From Sphyrna mokarran (lineage: Eukaryota), in NCBI GenBank assembly GCA_024679065.1, contig JAGIQG010000011.1, positions 62,496,001-62,560,000 on the forward strand: a stretch of DNA of 64,000 nucleotides. Reading direction: 5' to 3'. The position numbers were made by a program, and so were the translations under genes. Below the pieces are notes generated by a model that worked only from the letters and a program-made list of their open reading frames with translations, was not told the DNA's origin and searched no databases. This document shows positions 48,518-61,269 of this stretch, in pieces. Numbering within the stretch: position 1 is the stretch's first letter; each line of letters opens with the position of its first letter.

Positions 48518-49427
48518 AATCCCCAGATGTAGTGTATCATTTTACCATTGCAATGCCATGGCTTTTACCAATATCCTCAATACAATGCCTAGTTCAGTTC
48601 CCTAAGCTCTCTGTGCACTACTGTACAACCCTCTGCTAGTTTATAGCTAGCACTGCAGTGCAGACATCCTGGAGAACTTGTACAGAAATGAGGCAAATGC
48701 TCAAGAGTGGTGCTGGAGATGAAGAGGGAAATAACTGAGAATACTAAGCTGCTCTTTAGGTATTAAAGGAATCACTTCAAATTCTTAATGCAATAATATT
48801 AATGCAGCACTGTGTACTACCAGAGAGTCAGTGAATCAAACACTAAATAACACAATTGTTAAGTAATTGGATTATTTTAACTCTTACAGTACTGAATGTT
48901 AGTCTGTACGATACTGTATTTCTTCAGATACTATCAGTTAATGAACCTATATTGTGGTTGTTACAAAATGGACTGAGGGAGAAGAAAAAACTTTACCTTG
49001 TTTATGAAATATACATATGTAAATGTTCAGTGATTAATGCATTAATGAATTATTAAAAGTGTTATCAAAACTGAAAATAAAAGTCCCACAGTGCAGCTGG
49101 CATTTTTTTTTAAAACAAGAAAATGAATAAATATTACTTAGATTTCCAATATACCTAACAAAGTGGCTTAATTGTCAGCAATTGTTTTATTTACTAGACC
49201 TACTTCAAGTGAAACACACCACCTAGCTAAACCTAATTCAATGACTGCTATGAAGTAAAAGCAGCAAGAGAAATGCTCAGATAAAAAACTTGCACATCAT
49301 CACTGAAATATGAACATAGCAAATCAACATTCAATATCAATGAAATTCTAAAAGGTCTTGGACTGATTAAGTGCACTTGATTACATATTTTTTAAACAGA
49401 GCACTAAAAAGTCTCATAGTCCAGTGA

Positions 49428-49578
49428 GGATTTAACCTGAGGATCTCCACACCTCAGGTGATGGGGGAAGGTTGAGAAGGTGGGGCCTTCATGAATAACC
49501 TCAGCCAGCACAGGAATTGAACCTATGCTGTTGCCATTGCTCTACATCATGAACCATTCATTCAGCCAACTGGCCAGC
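49428..49578 (-). mobile_element. Short tRNA-derived SINE fragment
   Basis: Reverse complement has CAGTTGGCTG...AACAGCATAGGTTCAATTCC (B-box) then a CCTGAGG...CCTCAGG hairpin. Confidence 0.65.
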
Positions 49579-51752
49579 TTTTTAAAAATAAGAGTAATAA
49601 GAAACAACTTTCTTGATGATGACTCTATCAAATACTATTCCCACACAAAAAAAAACAAGTTACACACAGTAACCACAGTTTATCAGCAGAGCACAGATGC
49701 TTGGCGCACCTGTGTGAACCAGTACAGAAAAGAACACATTTATAGAAAACTGTTTTTGTAATATTTTATTAATGTCACAAAAATCTCTAATATACTTTTC
49801 AATTTCTCAGTAATGTTTTAGTTTTATGCAAAAAGATATATTGCACCTCTAGAATAATAGTTTTTATATTATTGTTTACAGCAACATTTTGCCACAATTT
49901 ACTATCAAAAAGGTGCAAATTTTGTAATATGATTTGGTACTGAAAATTGAAAAAGACAAATTAAAAATATATTTATGTTGATTGCCATAACTCGTAAAAC
50001 TAGAACCTATTAGACTTTGAAATAAAAATGTATGTAACAAAACAACGATTAGATAATACCTCTCATTGTGTTAATTGGACATTAAGATACTAAATGGCAC
50101 TTTGGAATAAAGAAAAGTGAATCATTCAATGAAATTTGTTCTGCTTATGTTAAAATAATATTGAAATAATCAAGATTCATGTTAAAATAGGCAGGAAAAA
50201 GTGATGTGTTTGTTGAAATTTGTCAATCCCAGTAAAGTGCAATTTATTAAAAAAACACAATGAAAATCTACTTATTCTCTGTGATCTACATGGTGGACTT
50301 CCCTTCTTTAATAATACGCATGCTGCAAAACGTTTATTCTATGGTTTCTATTTCAGCAGTGTGGAAAACAGAATGTGTTTTGATTAAAGTATTAATCCTT
50401 TTATCAACATAAATTTGCATTTGGACTGCAACAAAATGCACTCTGTAGAGCATCAACTTATATTTCTTCCAGTGTTGCTACATTAACTTTTTATTTGAAC
50501 AACATACCACAAACATGCAATATGACATGGACAGATTAAACACAATTTACTGAAGTATTCAACAAATACTGATATTCAGCAGATAAAGTAATCTCAAAAT
50601 GTTACTTCTATGAAAACTGAAACTTCATGTTGTTCTGGTATCTTTGAATTAGATGTGAATGATTCTCGTTTATCTCAAGATATTTATTCTCATTCTAGGG
50701 TCTCTCATTTCTTAACATAATGTAACCTAATTCAGATTTATGATGAATATATTGTTTCGAGTGTGGTTACGATCTAGAACCATTCTCTAAGTATAGTTAC
50801 CTCAAACAATTACTGCATATTTGTTAACATCAAGTGACTGTGAAATGCCAATCTTATTGCAGTTTAGTCCATAGGAGTACAATGTTGGCAGCAGAATGAT
50901 TTATATGGCAAGAAGTTAGTTTCCCCATCCTCAACCATTAGAAATCATATAGCTCCAGTGAAGCATTCTGTAATCTCAACCAATCCACTTCTAGGTTGTG
51001 GTAAATCCCATGATAAACTGAATGACAAGAAATGAATTACAGCATAACATACGCTGAATACAGAGCATTTCTACAGCAGGGAGACTCTATCCTCTTTCCG
51101 GTTTCACGAGTTACACAATGACCAGAGAGTTGACAGCGTATTTACAATCACTAATTGTAGCAACGTTACTGGATAATAATTCAGGGAATCATCTCATTCT
51201 ATTCATATAAGTAGCTTTTTCAAATATGTGGTATACTCCAATGTAACCTTGACAAGCAAGCAAATAAAGGAAGGTTCTTACACTGTAGCTCTGTCTGCTG
51301 CAGTTTATGCCTCAGCTGACAGTTGCTGAAAGCACAGTCTCAGGATCGTAAATAACCAGTTTCATCTCACAAAGCAATTCAGGAAAAAGGTACGGAAGAA
51401 GATAATGCTGAATCTCAGAGGTAAGCAAGTAGCTTCACTCTCAGCTTTGAATAAAAAAAAACTGTTAGGAAACTTGGATAGTTAAACCTGTTTACAGAGA
51501 ACTCCAAATAAAAATATAACATGGAACCAATAATATTGTTAACAAATTAGCCCTTAGTTTGCTCACATTTTCAAAGAAAGATGCTTTCACATTTCAATGA
51601 TGCAAGAAAAAAAATGACCAGAATTCTGCTGTGATACATATATTAAAAAACTCATTGTAAAATATCAGCTTATGTGGATCATCATATTCACAATCATTTT
51701 GTTACAACTGAATGTGGAAAAATAAAAAAAAAATGTCTTAAGAGACCAATAC

Positions 51753-51812
51753 CTGGTCTTGTTGCTGTTGGCTTCCCCTCCCCATGTTAGGCTGCTCCTT
51801 CATGGCTGTCAT
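51753..51812 (-). CDS. Candidate short first coding segment MTAMKEQPNMGRGSQQQQDQ of an unidentified gene
   Basis: ACAATGA Kozak context, in-frame upstream stop, CAG|GTATTG donor (phase 0), acceptor TTTGCTGTTTCATTTTAG| at 52003, inside a 4-kb repeat-free block. Competing donors near 51833 make it uncertain. Confidence 0.35.
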
Positions 51813-53100
51813 TGTAGATTTTGGGCACACTTACTCACTCGCAGTTCAGTATTAGGCTCCTAACTTGGCAGCTGATGCATGACAGGTCTCTTTCTTGAAA
51901 GCCTGGAAACTGCAGCTGAAGATAACAGCAAAGCAGCAGCCCCTGAAGTTCCCACTGCCTGGCCTGCCAACCTGCTGCAAGTCCCCTTAATCAGGGCCAG
52001 TGCTAAAATGAAACAGCAAATGTGAAGAGACGGATAAAAATTAAACTGTCAAAACACCAGGCACTAAGGCAGTCCGGGTGACAAGGTGCCAACACACCTG
52101 TGTGCTGTAATTCACATTCTCAAGGAACTTGGGAACAAAAAGACAAGGCCAAGGGCAAACCTCAAAGCTCAACTGCGAGCATTTAAAACCTTACTGTCAT
52201 GTCTGTAAATGACAGAGTCTGACAGGTAAGCTCTCGCTGCTCTCTGCTCTTCTCTTCTGCAGTGTTCACTGCCACTGATTAGCACATCTGGAGGAAAATC
52301 AAATGTCAAATTCAGTTTCCCTCCCTCAGCTGGGAGAAACCATTTCTAATGAAAAAAGGAGGGGGGGAATTATCCTGCGAGCAGCAATGATCTAACAGCA
52401 GCAATAAGCAGGCCACTTAGTGATTAGTCAGGTCCTTCCTAGCAACCTCATCTGTTAGTGAGGATGCAAGTGCTGCCTCATGCAAATTAGCAGTGTTAAT
52501 AAATAGTATCCACCATACTGCAACATGTATTCTTTAATTATGCCGGCTTGTGAGAAATAATGAAACCTTAAAGCAGTGAGTGCATAGTGATAGCTTGCTG
52601 CATTAAAATATCAATTAACTCATCTCCATGGAAATACATGAGAGTTGTTAGTGCAGCCTTAGAGGGCAGTCAACATGCTGTGACTAAAGACAAATCAAAC
52701 CAGGTCTGTTGTATTTTTTAAAACAAACCTGTGTTAAAAGTGAACGAATATTACAATAATTAATTGCATGCCAATATCTTTGAAGTGCTTAGTAAGGCAA
52801 TACTTTAAAAATGTTTTGCTTATTTTGGAAAATAACTGATAATCACAAATCTGCCAATATGTTAAAATCAAATTGACTGTATTTAAGATTGTGAAAATGT
52901 AGATTTCAATTGACGTAAATGTGACACTAATGTGATATTAAATGTGATGCAAATGTGATATTCATGTCTGCATAAATACGATTCATTTTCAAAACCAGCT
53001 TCTAAAATCAGTTGTACAAAATGCAAATAAAGTTCATGGAACATTCAATTCATATTTTTGTAATTAATTCAAATGAGCTTAATGGAGTATCAGTTTATTT
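51813..53100. promoter_or_regulatory. Candidate promoter/enhancer region
   Basis: No recognisable repeats. ATGCAAAT octamers at 52480, 52947 and 53021; RFX-like CTAGCAAC at 52439; AP-1-like TTAGTCA at 52424; GA-rich minus-strand tract at 52230-52260. Confidence 0.4.
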
Positions 53101-53569
53101 CTGCAGTGCCAGTTTCTCAGTTGTGAATAATTGATAAGGCAGAAGGGATATTATTTCTCCTGTGCTGCAATATTAACTAATCTTTTAAAATGAATTCCTT
53201 CCTTTTTAAAATATGGGACCTTATGTTTGTCACCACCATGAAAGAAACAAATTGCCCAGTTGTGCTGTTCAATTCATTATTTGATTGTGAACAATTCCAG
53301 TGATTCTCTTGGCAGTTTGGAAGGAGCCAAATTTAAGGTGGACTGTCATGCTAGATTTTGGGAATGGGATACCAGTTTTTGCCCCTGATTTTATCCTCCA
53401 TTTCCAACAATCACAAGTAACGTACAATACAAACTAGTCCTGAGCAAAGCTTTCTTTGAGCTACCTTTATATTCTGGATAGGATGTTGTTTCTGTGTCAA
53501 GAACCTACCTAAAGTGGAAATCTGACTGAAGTACAAATTGTCATAGACATGAGGCCTTGATTGGCAATA

Positions 53570-53705
53570 GGTGGAATTCTCTGGCCATTCACGCCAGTGG
53601 GATTCTCTGATCCCATTACCGTAACCTGAGATTTGGCCGAGCACCAAATTTTCCGTCCTCACTTGCAGCAGTGGCAGGGTCTGAACAGCCTGGAGAATTC
53701 TGGCC
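53570..53705. mobile_element. MITE with GGTGGAATTCTC / GAGAATTCTGGCC termini
   Basis: Terminal inverted repeats. Internal GAGATTTGGC.G.GCACCAAATT is shared with 33165-33260 and 45553-45660. Confidence 0.7.
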
Positions 53706-53764
53706 AGCGGCCCATATCATCTTGGAACAGCAATCATTGTTGGATTCTTACTCCCTTCAAACTT

Positions 53765-54238
53765 CTATTGGAAAGGGTGCAGAGGAGGTTTACCAGGATG
53801 TTGCCTGGTATGGTGGGAATGTCTTATGAGGAAAGGCTGAGGGACTTGAGGTTATTTCATTAAAGAGAAGGTTAAGAGGTGATCTAATTGAGGCATACAA
53901 GATGATCAGAGGGTTAAGTAGGATGGACAGTGAGAGCCCTTTTTCTCGGACAGTGATAGATAACATGAGGGGACATAGCTTTAAATTGAGGGGTGATAAA
54001 TATAGGACGGATGTCAGAGGTAGGTTCTTTACTCAGAGGGTAGTAACGGCGTGGAATGCCCTGCCTGCAGCAGTTGTGGACTCACCAAGTTTAAGAGCGT
54101 TCAAATGGTCAGTGGATAGGTTATGGATAACATTGGAATACTTTAGGTTAGAGGTCATTAGATTGGTTCCACTGTGTGGCGCAACATTGAGGGCCGAAGG
54201 GCCTGTACTGCACTGTAATGTTCTGTGTTCTGTGTTCT
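53765..54238 (+). mobile_element. CR1 3' end, related to the 15434 and 18118 copies
   Basis: LERVQRRFTRMLPGM...RGHSFKLRGDKYRTDVRGRFFTQRVVTAWNALP; (TGTTCTG)n tail. Confidence 0.92.
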
Positions 54239-54399
54239 CAACACCTTGGTAATGTTCCACGTTTCTTGCTGAGTTTTCCAAGCCTGATTTCTGCAGAGCA
54301 CAGCATTCCTAGGAGAAATCCATTGCACCACCCTAGCATTGGGGAGGGAGGTTGAGGGTTAATTGGGCAAACGCCATTTAGCCATATGGCAATTTAAAG

Positions 54400-56990
54400 G
54401 TCTAGTATGAATGTTGGTCCATTCAGGAGTGAGTTTGGGAAATTGATACTGAAAAACAAGGAAGCGATGGCAGCGTTGAACAGCCATTTTGTGTCGGTAG
54501 AAGATTTAGAAAACTTTCCAAAAGTACTTAACAGTTAGGAGGTGAGAGAGAGGGAGGAATATAAAACAATCACCATCACCAGTTAAACCTTGCAGGGAAA
54601 CTATTTGACCTTAAGACTGACAAGTTCCCAGGACCTGATGGTCTGCAGTCCTACATTCTAGAGTGTTAAAGAAGTAACTTCAGTTAAAATAGAGTTTTCC
54701 AAAATCCATTTGATTCTGGAAGGGTCATTATGAATTCAAAAATAACAAATATAAAACCTTTATTCAAGAAAGGAGGGAGGCAGAATGCAGAAAACAATAG
54801 GCTAGTAATTCTAACACCTGTCAGAGGAAAATTGCTAGAATCCATTACGAAGGAGATTCTTGCAGGGTACATAGAAAAGTCTAATGAGATCAGACAGAAT
54901 CAACGTATTTTTATAAAAGGGAAATTGTGATCAAAATGTTAGGTCTTGGATTAAGTGCACAAAGTCGGGATAATTCCTAGTACTGTGAGAATGACCTTTG
55001 AAAATGGCTGTCTGTAGTTCTGAATTTCATTCAAGGGAGACTATGGGGTGAGAAGCTGGGTCTGCCATCCCCAGAATGAGTGCTGAGGCTGCTGGGCGCA
55101 AGGGTGAACTGGGTAGAACTTCTGAATCTGTACCCCAAGACTTTGTTGAGTATCTTAATAAAAAAGGTTAAAACAAGAAAGCATCCCCCTGGCCCTCATT
55201 CCTCATCGCACCTACTCCACACACTGCTCTATTCATGGAACCTATGCCACCTCACATCCCTCAACTCATTGCTTTTTATTTACTCTATTTTTGAATATGA
55301 GCACAGTGTGAAATTTGCATGTTTCTCCCATATCCATGAGGATTTTCTCCAAGTGCTGTGATTTCCTTCCACAGTCTAACGATGTGGAGGTTAAATGGAT
55401 TAGCCATGCTAAATTACCCCTTAGTGTCCAATGATCTGCAGGTTTGGTGGATTGGCCATCGTAAATGCATGAGATTACGAGGATAGGATGGGGGCGGGGA
55501 AGTGGTGGGTCTGCGTAGGAGTGTTGGTGCAGCCTTAATGGGCCTCCTTCTGCACTGTACGGATTCTGTGGGATTCTATAGATTCAAATATAATCACTAT
55601 ATTTGTATGTATATACATATATAAAACCTAAGTTTTATTTCACTGTAGCAATATCTAATGGGATATCTCACCTCTCTAAAGGGGTGCCCTAGTTATTCAA
55701 ATGAATCTGCTAAGTTCAGACCAGCTCTTGCTTGGTGAAGTCAGGTTTCACATCTGGCAGGCCAAATTTCCACTTCATTGAAAAGAGCCTATGATGTAAA
55801 TGGCCAGCTGCCTCCATAAACCACATATGAGTGAATCCTGACCCAATTCCATTCTACCCCTGTAAAAATAGGAGATGCCATCAGATGTGGAACTTGGATT
55901 TCCAAGTTTAACTGCCATTTTTGCCTCCTTCATGACAAAAATTTTGTCCTGTGTTTAACTAATTTGTTAAAGTTCTTTGGAGAAGTAATAAACAAGGTGA
56001 ATAAAGAGGAACTTGTAGAGGTGGTAGATTTCTAAAAGTTATTTGATTAAGTGGAACATTGAAGGTTGCTACACAACATGGAAGCATATAGTATGGAGCA
56101 ACACATTAGCACAAATGAAGGATTTGTTATCTAACAGGTAATAGAGAGTAGGAATAAATAGGTTATTTTTCCACATTGGCAAACAGTAATTTCTGAAGTG
56201 ATACAGGGATCAGTGCTGGAGACATCAGTGACTTGGAAGAAGGAACTGAATGTATACTAGCTAAATTTGATTGTAGTACTAAGATAGGTAGGAAAGTAAA
56301 TTGCCAAACTATGAAGATAAATAAAGTGAGTGGGCAAAAAATTGCCAGTTGGAGTATTATGTTGTAAAATATGAACTTGTCCAATGTGAGAGGAAGAACA
56401 GAAAATGGAGAGAGGTCTCAGAACCTTACGGTGTCCAAGGGATCTGGATACGTTGCACATGAATCTCAAAATTAAAAATGTAAATTTGGCATATGATTAA
56501 GAAAGCAAATGGAATGAAATGTTGGAATTTTTTGCAAGGGGAACAGAATAGGAAAGTTTTACTGCAGCTCTACAGGGCCTTGGTGAGACCAAGTCTGAAG
56601 TGCTTTGATCTGTTTATTTAAAAATGGATGTAACTGCATTAGAAGCAGTTCTGAAATGGTTCACTGACTCCTCAGATAAGGTGCTTATTTTAGGAAAGAA
56701 GGTTGAACAGCATTGGAGTTTAGAAGAATGAGAGGTGACTGTATTGAAATATGTAAGATCCTGAGGGGACTTGACAAGATTCCCCTTGTGAGACAGAATA
56801 GAACTAGGGGACACAGTTTAATAATGAGGTTACCTTTTTTAAGATGGAGATTTGGAGAAATTTTTTCCCTGAGAGGGTCATTAATCTATAGAATTCTTCT
56901 TCCCAGATAGCAGTGGAGGTAGGGTCATCAAATTTATTCAAGGTTGAGTTAGATAAATTTTTGATAGGCAGAGCATCAAAGGTTATGCCT
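54400..56990 (+). mobile_element. Fragmented old CR1 ORF2 (54400-54930 and 55950-56990) with intervening inserts
   Basis: NIKPLFKKGGRQNAENNRLVILT and EFRRMRGDCIEICKILRGLD...TRGHSL. Confidence 0.8.
55300..55586 (+). mobile_element. 5'-truncated HE1-like V-SINE
   Basis: V-domain, GGATTAGCCATGCTAAATT, GGATTCT tail. Confidence 0.85.
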
Positions 56991-58619
56991 TCAGCATTTT
57001 TAACAATGCCTTAACAATCTTGATTGGCCTCAACAAGACAGCAAGTGATTTTCTGGGCCTGTATCCTTTCCAATTTGCCCTTGCAAATATTTCAGGCAAC
57101 AAGAATGTCATCAACATTTGTTCTAGCTTCCTGACTCCTTTCAAGCCTGATTCCAGTCATGAAAATCCTGCCCCTTGTCTCTTAACAGTGATCCCAGAAA
57201 AGTTCACTTTTCTTTAAGGCATTGACGTAGATATTTTAAATGTTATTCTTTTCTTGAAATTACAAAGCCAATGCCCAAAGTGGACGGGGCAAGCCCTTAA
57301 TCCATCTTCTTGCTTGCTCTAATTCAAATTCAAATTGAATCCAGTTCATGGTCCCCACAAGAGAGGCATAGGAGATCCAAGCTGACAAGGAGAAGCATTG
57401 CATCTTATCTTGTGTTTAATCCTATACTTGATCTTAACCAAAAAAGCTAACTCCCCCACACCCTGTGGACTGACTGATATTGCCTACTTAACACCAATTT
57501 ATTGGCAGCTTTGCTCTTCAGACATATGCCGGGTAGACTGAGATTTCTGTAACTCCATGCAGGACTCTTACTTGCATTATTGTGGAAAAACTTTATTCCA
57601 GATTGGATTTGAATTGAAATCCCAGAGATAAATGAACAGCTTAGAAAACTAACTTTTCACAATTTTTAACTACTGGGATCATCATTGTTATTTTTTTCTG
57701 CAATGCATTTCAGGAAATACGCTATGACTGAGACCACCATGTGTCAAGCAGCTGTACTACATTCAAAGCTTTGATCCACACAAGCTAAAAATAATTATGT
57801 GCTTTGAATAAATTATTGATATTTATAAAGGGTGAATAGTTGTTGGTTCTTTCGAGCATCCTTTAGCCCCTTGGCCTAGGATAGTGTGCATGATCAAAGC
57901 ACTTACTTAATTGCTTATTCATTATGTTTGATATCAGCAAGCAGTGACATACATCAAAAATAATTTGGAAAGACAAAACAACATATATAACAAGTTGGAA
58001 CATTAATGTACAGGATACACCGGCCAACACGAGTAAAGAAACATAATAAACATCAGAGAAAAAGGAGAAAATTAAATAAAGAATGGACATCATAGAGTTT
58101 AATTTTAATTAATGTAAATATTAATTGATCTAGCAATTAGACAACAATGATAGAATAGGGGCAATGGTTTTAACATGCTTAATGTCTGAATATTTTGAGG
58201 GATGCTTTGTTGACAAATTGCAGCCGCTGTATTTAATTTAATACAGGTAAGGGTCATTCTAGGCCCGTCAGCCACAATAATACATTCAACTAACAAAACT
58301 ATTTTAGTCATGTTCATCCATTCGGAAACAGATTAGAGAGATTGGTGGTGAAAGAATTCAGTACGTGTTAGATTCTCATCATAGGTAGCCGAACTCCATA
58401 TGACCTCATTCAGTATATAACCTTGTCTGAGTTTAATCCATTGAAGAACAGTAGTGGCACAGTATGCTAACAGAATTGTTCTTTCATTTCTGAAAACTAG
58501 GCTCAACATCAGTGTAGACGGATGGAAAAGAGTAGAAAGTCGGCTTTCTCTCCCAGACTTTAAATCAGATTGAGTTTCAGAATCTCAAATTAAATGAATA
58601 TAGATGACACAAGTAAGCA

Positions 58620-58912
58620 TAGTGTTTTGTGTGTGCGTGTGTGTGTATATTATGTCTGTGGTGATGTGTGGTGAATGTGGGTGTGTGTGTATATGTGGGT
58701 GTGTTTGTGTGTGTGCATGCTATGTGTATGTATGTTGTGTGTGTGTGTGTGTGTGTGTGTGTATCCATACTATTTGCACCCCTCCAAAGTAGACACACAC
58801 ACACACTCATCACATACATACATTCACATTCACTACATTCATACACACATACACACACATGTACACAGCACTACACACAAAAAGCACATACACACAAAAA
58901 ACACATACATAC
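58620..58912. repeat. (TG)n tract followed by (CA)n tract (inverted microsatellite pair)
   Basis: Imperfect TG repeat at 58621-58762, ~30-nt spacer, imperfect CA repeat at 58792-58912. Confidence 0.95.
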
Positions 58913-61269
58913 AAGTTGGAATCACAGCCACTGATATCGCACAGGGCCATAATGTACACTGGGTGGCCTTAACAAGGTGAAGATTGGGTCTCCACTCCTC
59001 ACTGGGAGGAAGTCCTGGCATTGAGAGCTACCAGCCAATCAACAGCACTAGAAATGAGTAGCCAGCGTTACAGAGATTAAAAGCAGGACATGAGTGGTGG
59101 AGACATGCAAGTATAGAGTTTTGGATGAGGAGAGAAGAAGGGGAAGGTTGGTGTAGGAAGTTTGGAGGAGCAGGTAGGAAAATAAAAATTGGGGTAAAAA
59201 TCAGATCATAGAGGTCCTTCTAATGCATTCTGGGCATTACCACCACCACCCCCACCCCCCGTCCTGCCCAGGAGATAATTCTCTGCCTTTCCACCTTTTC
59301 ACTAAAACTGATGAAGAAACAGTATATCCACTCTAATCTATCTTCTGCCTGCCAGGGAATTATCATGGCACAGGCAGATTGAGAGCATTAAGTGGGCAAT
59401 AATTTGGCTGTTCAAAGGGCCTCAATAGGGTAATTATTAGGGAATATTGGAATGGGTGTCTTACCCACACCAATATTCTGGGGACCGGATTGCAGAGGGG
59501 TGGGAAGGTGCTGGGCTAGCCGGACAATATATTTTATGTACCCTGTGCTGCAGAAAATACACCCAACCAGCAGTGGGGAGGCGGGAATGGAAGAAGCAGT
59601 AAAATCCATCAATATTGACTTTCTGCACTCTGTATAAGAATTTAAAGATCAAATATCACTGCCTCCAAAGATAAATTATTCTTCAGAAAGGCATGACATA
59701 AGAAAGCTGCAAAGTATGTCTAAAATTTATTTTTACCTTCAATACTCGAAGGCACAGCACATCATTCCAATGACCAGATATGGTATTCTGCTTACAATGT
59801 TTTGATCTCATTTTGGGAATATGATAAATGTAAGTGAGGTACTTCCACATTTAAAAAAAAAATCACAATGATACTATTAAGGCATGTTCTATGAAGAAGG
59901 AGGCCATTCAGCCCCTTTTCTCATTAATAGAGATATTTAATTAATTAGTTTCCTATTCTTTTCCCATTGCCCTGTGAAAATTTTTCATTCAAACCTTTAT
60001 CAAATGGCACATTAAAGGTTACTTTTAAATTTGCTGCATTTGATGCAGATGATGCTAGATTGAGTCATGGGGAATGAAATGGACAATAAAATAACAGACA
60101 TCTAGAAAACAGCAACCATTATTAGATGTGAAATACCAAAAATGAAAGGAATGAATGAAGATACTCAACTGGGGAAACAAAGCAAAACCAGGTTGGAGAG
60201 AAAAGGGACATAGCTGATAAATCTCTCCACCAAAGCAGGTGTTCCTTCACCAAATCCAGAGTTATGTACAAGTGCTGGTAATACTCAGACAGATCCTTCA
60301 CAGTACAGAGTATACACTCCACCTGAAATACCTCTGCAGAGGTCCCAGATTAGATAGCTAAAATTGCCTCAATCATGGAACTCATATTCTAATAGGTACA
60401 TCTTGTGGATCTTATTAAAGTCATTCCAACTGGAAGGACAATAGCAGCAGCAGTGATGAATCAGAGCAGAACAAGGAGGTAAATCTTCCAACGTGTTTTC
60501 CAAAAGAAGCAATGTCCATTGAATTTAATAAGTACAAAAACTGTCAAAAGTAATGTGTGCAAGAGATGACCGATCCTCCAGCTGGAGAACTGGTGGGAAC
60601 ACTTTGCCTCTATCCTCCAGGAGACCTTACACAATTACCGGTAAACAAATATTACCTAGATTATGTCAGAATCGCTTCCTATGAGCTATTGTCTTTCCCA
60701 TGCTGCAACATATCCCCCACCTCCGACCTTCCCCTAACATGGTAAGCCACAGGCAAACCTGATGGTTTTTAATTGGTATGTCCATGGATTGCAAGAGTCC
60801 CGCCTGATGCTGGCTAAAAACCAGCAGCTCTTCAAGGACCTCAGTTGGCCATGGGCAATAAGGCCACTCTTCACTCTTCCTGAACAGGGCTTGATTGGAA
60901 ACAGTCCAGAAGCTGGTGGGGTCCCCACCCTGTGCCCTCATGCTTGATAAAATATCCTCACCTGACCCCTCTCACCACCAAACTCAGCAGGATGGGGGAG
61001 ATAATGATGAACATTAAATTCTGCCCAATGAATGATGTCTACGGCTGACAAGCAAGTAATTAGTTGGTGAGTTTTAAGGCTTGTTTTTTTTCTCTAATCT
61101 GGGGCAATGGTTGAACCTTATGATAAAAAACTGTATTAGATTTACAGTTTAGCCTAATTAATTAAGTATAACAGTAAGTGAATTAACATGAGTGTTGGCA
61201 CAGAGCATGTCTACAGGTATTAATTAAAATTAATAGTTTAAACAAGATAGTAAGTAGATTTGATGAAGA

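Noticed and set aside
58577-59021. Cys/Val- and His/Thr-rich ORFs
   Set aside because: Translation artefacts of TG/CA microsatellites.
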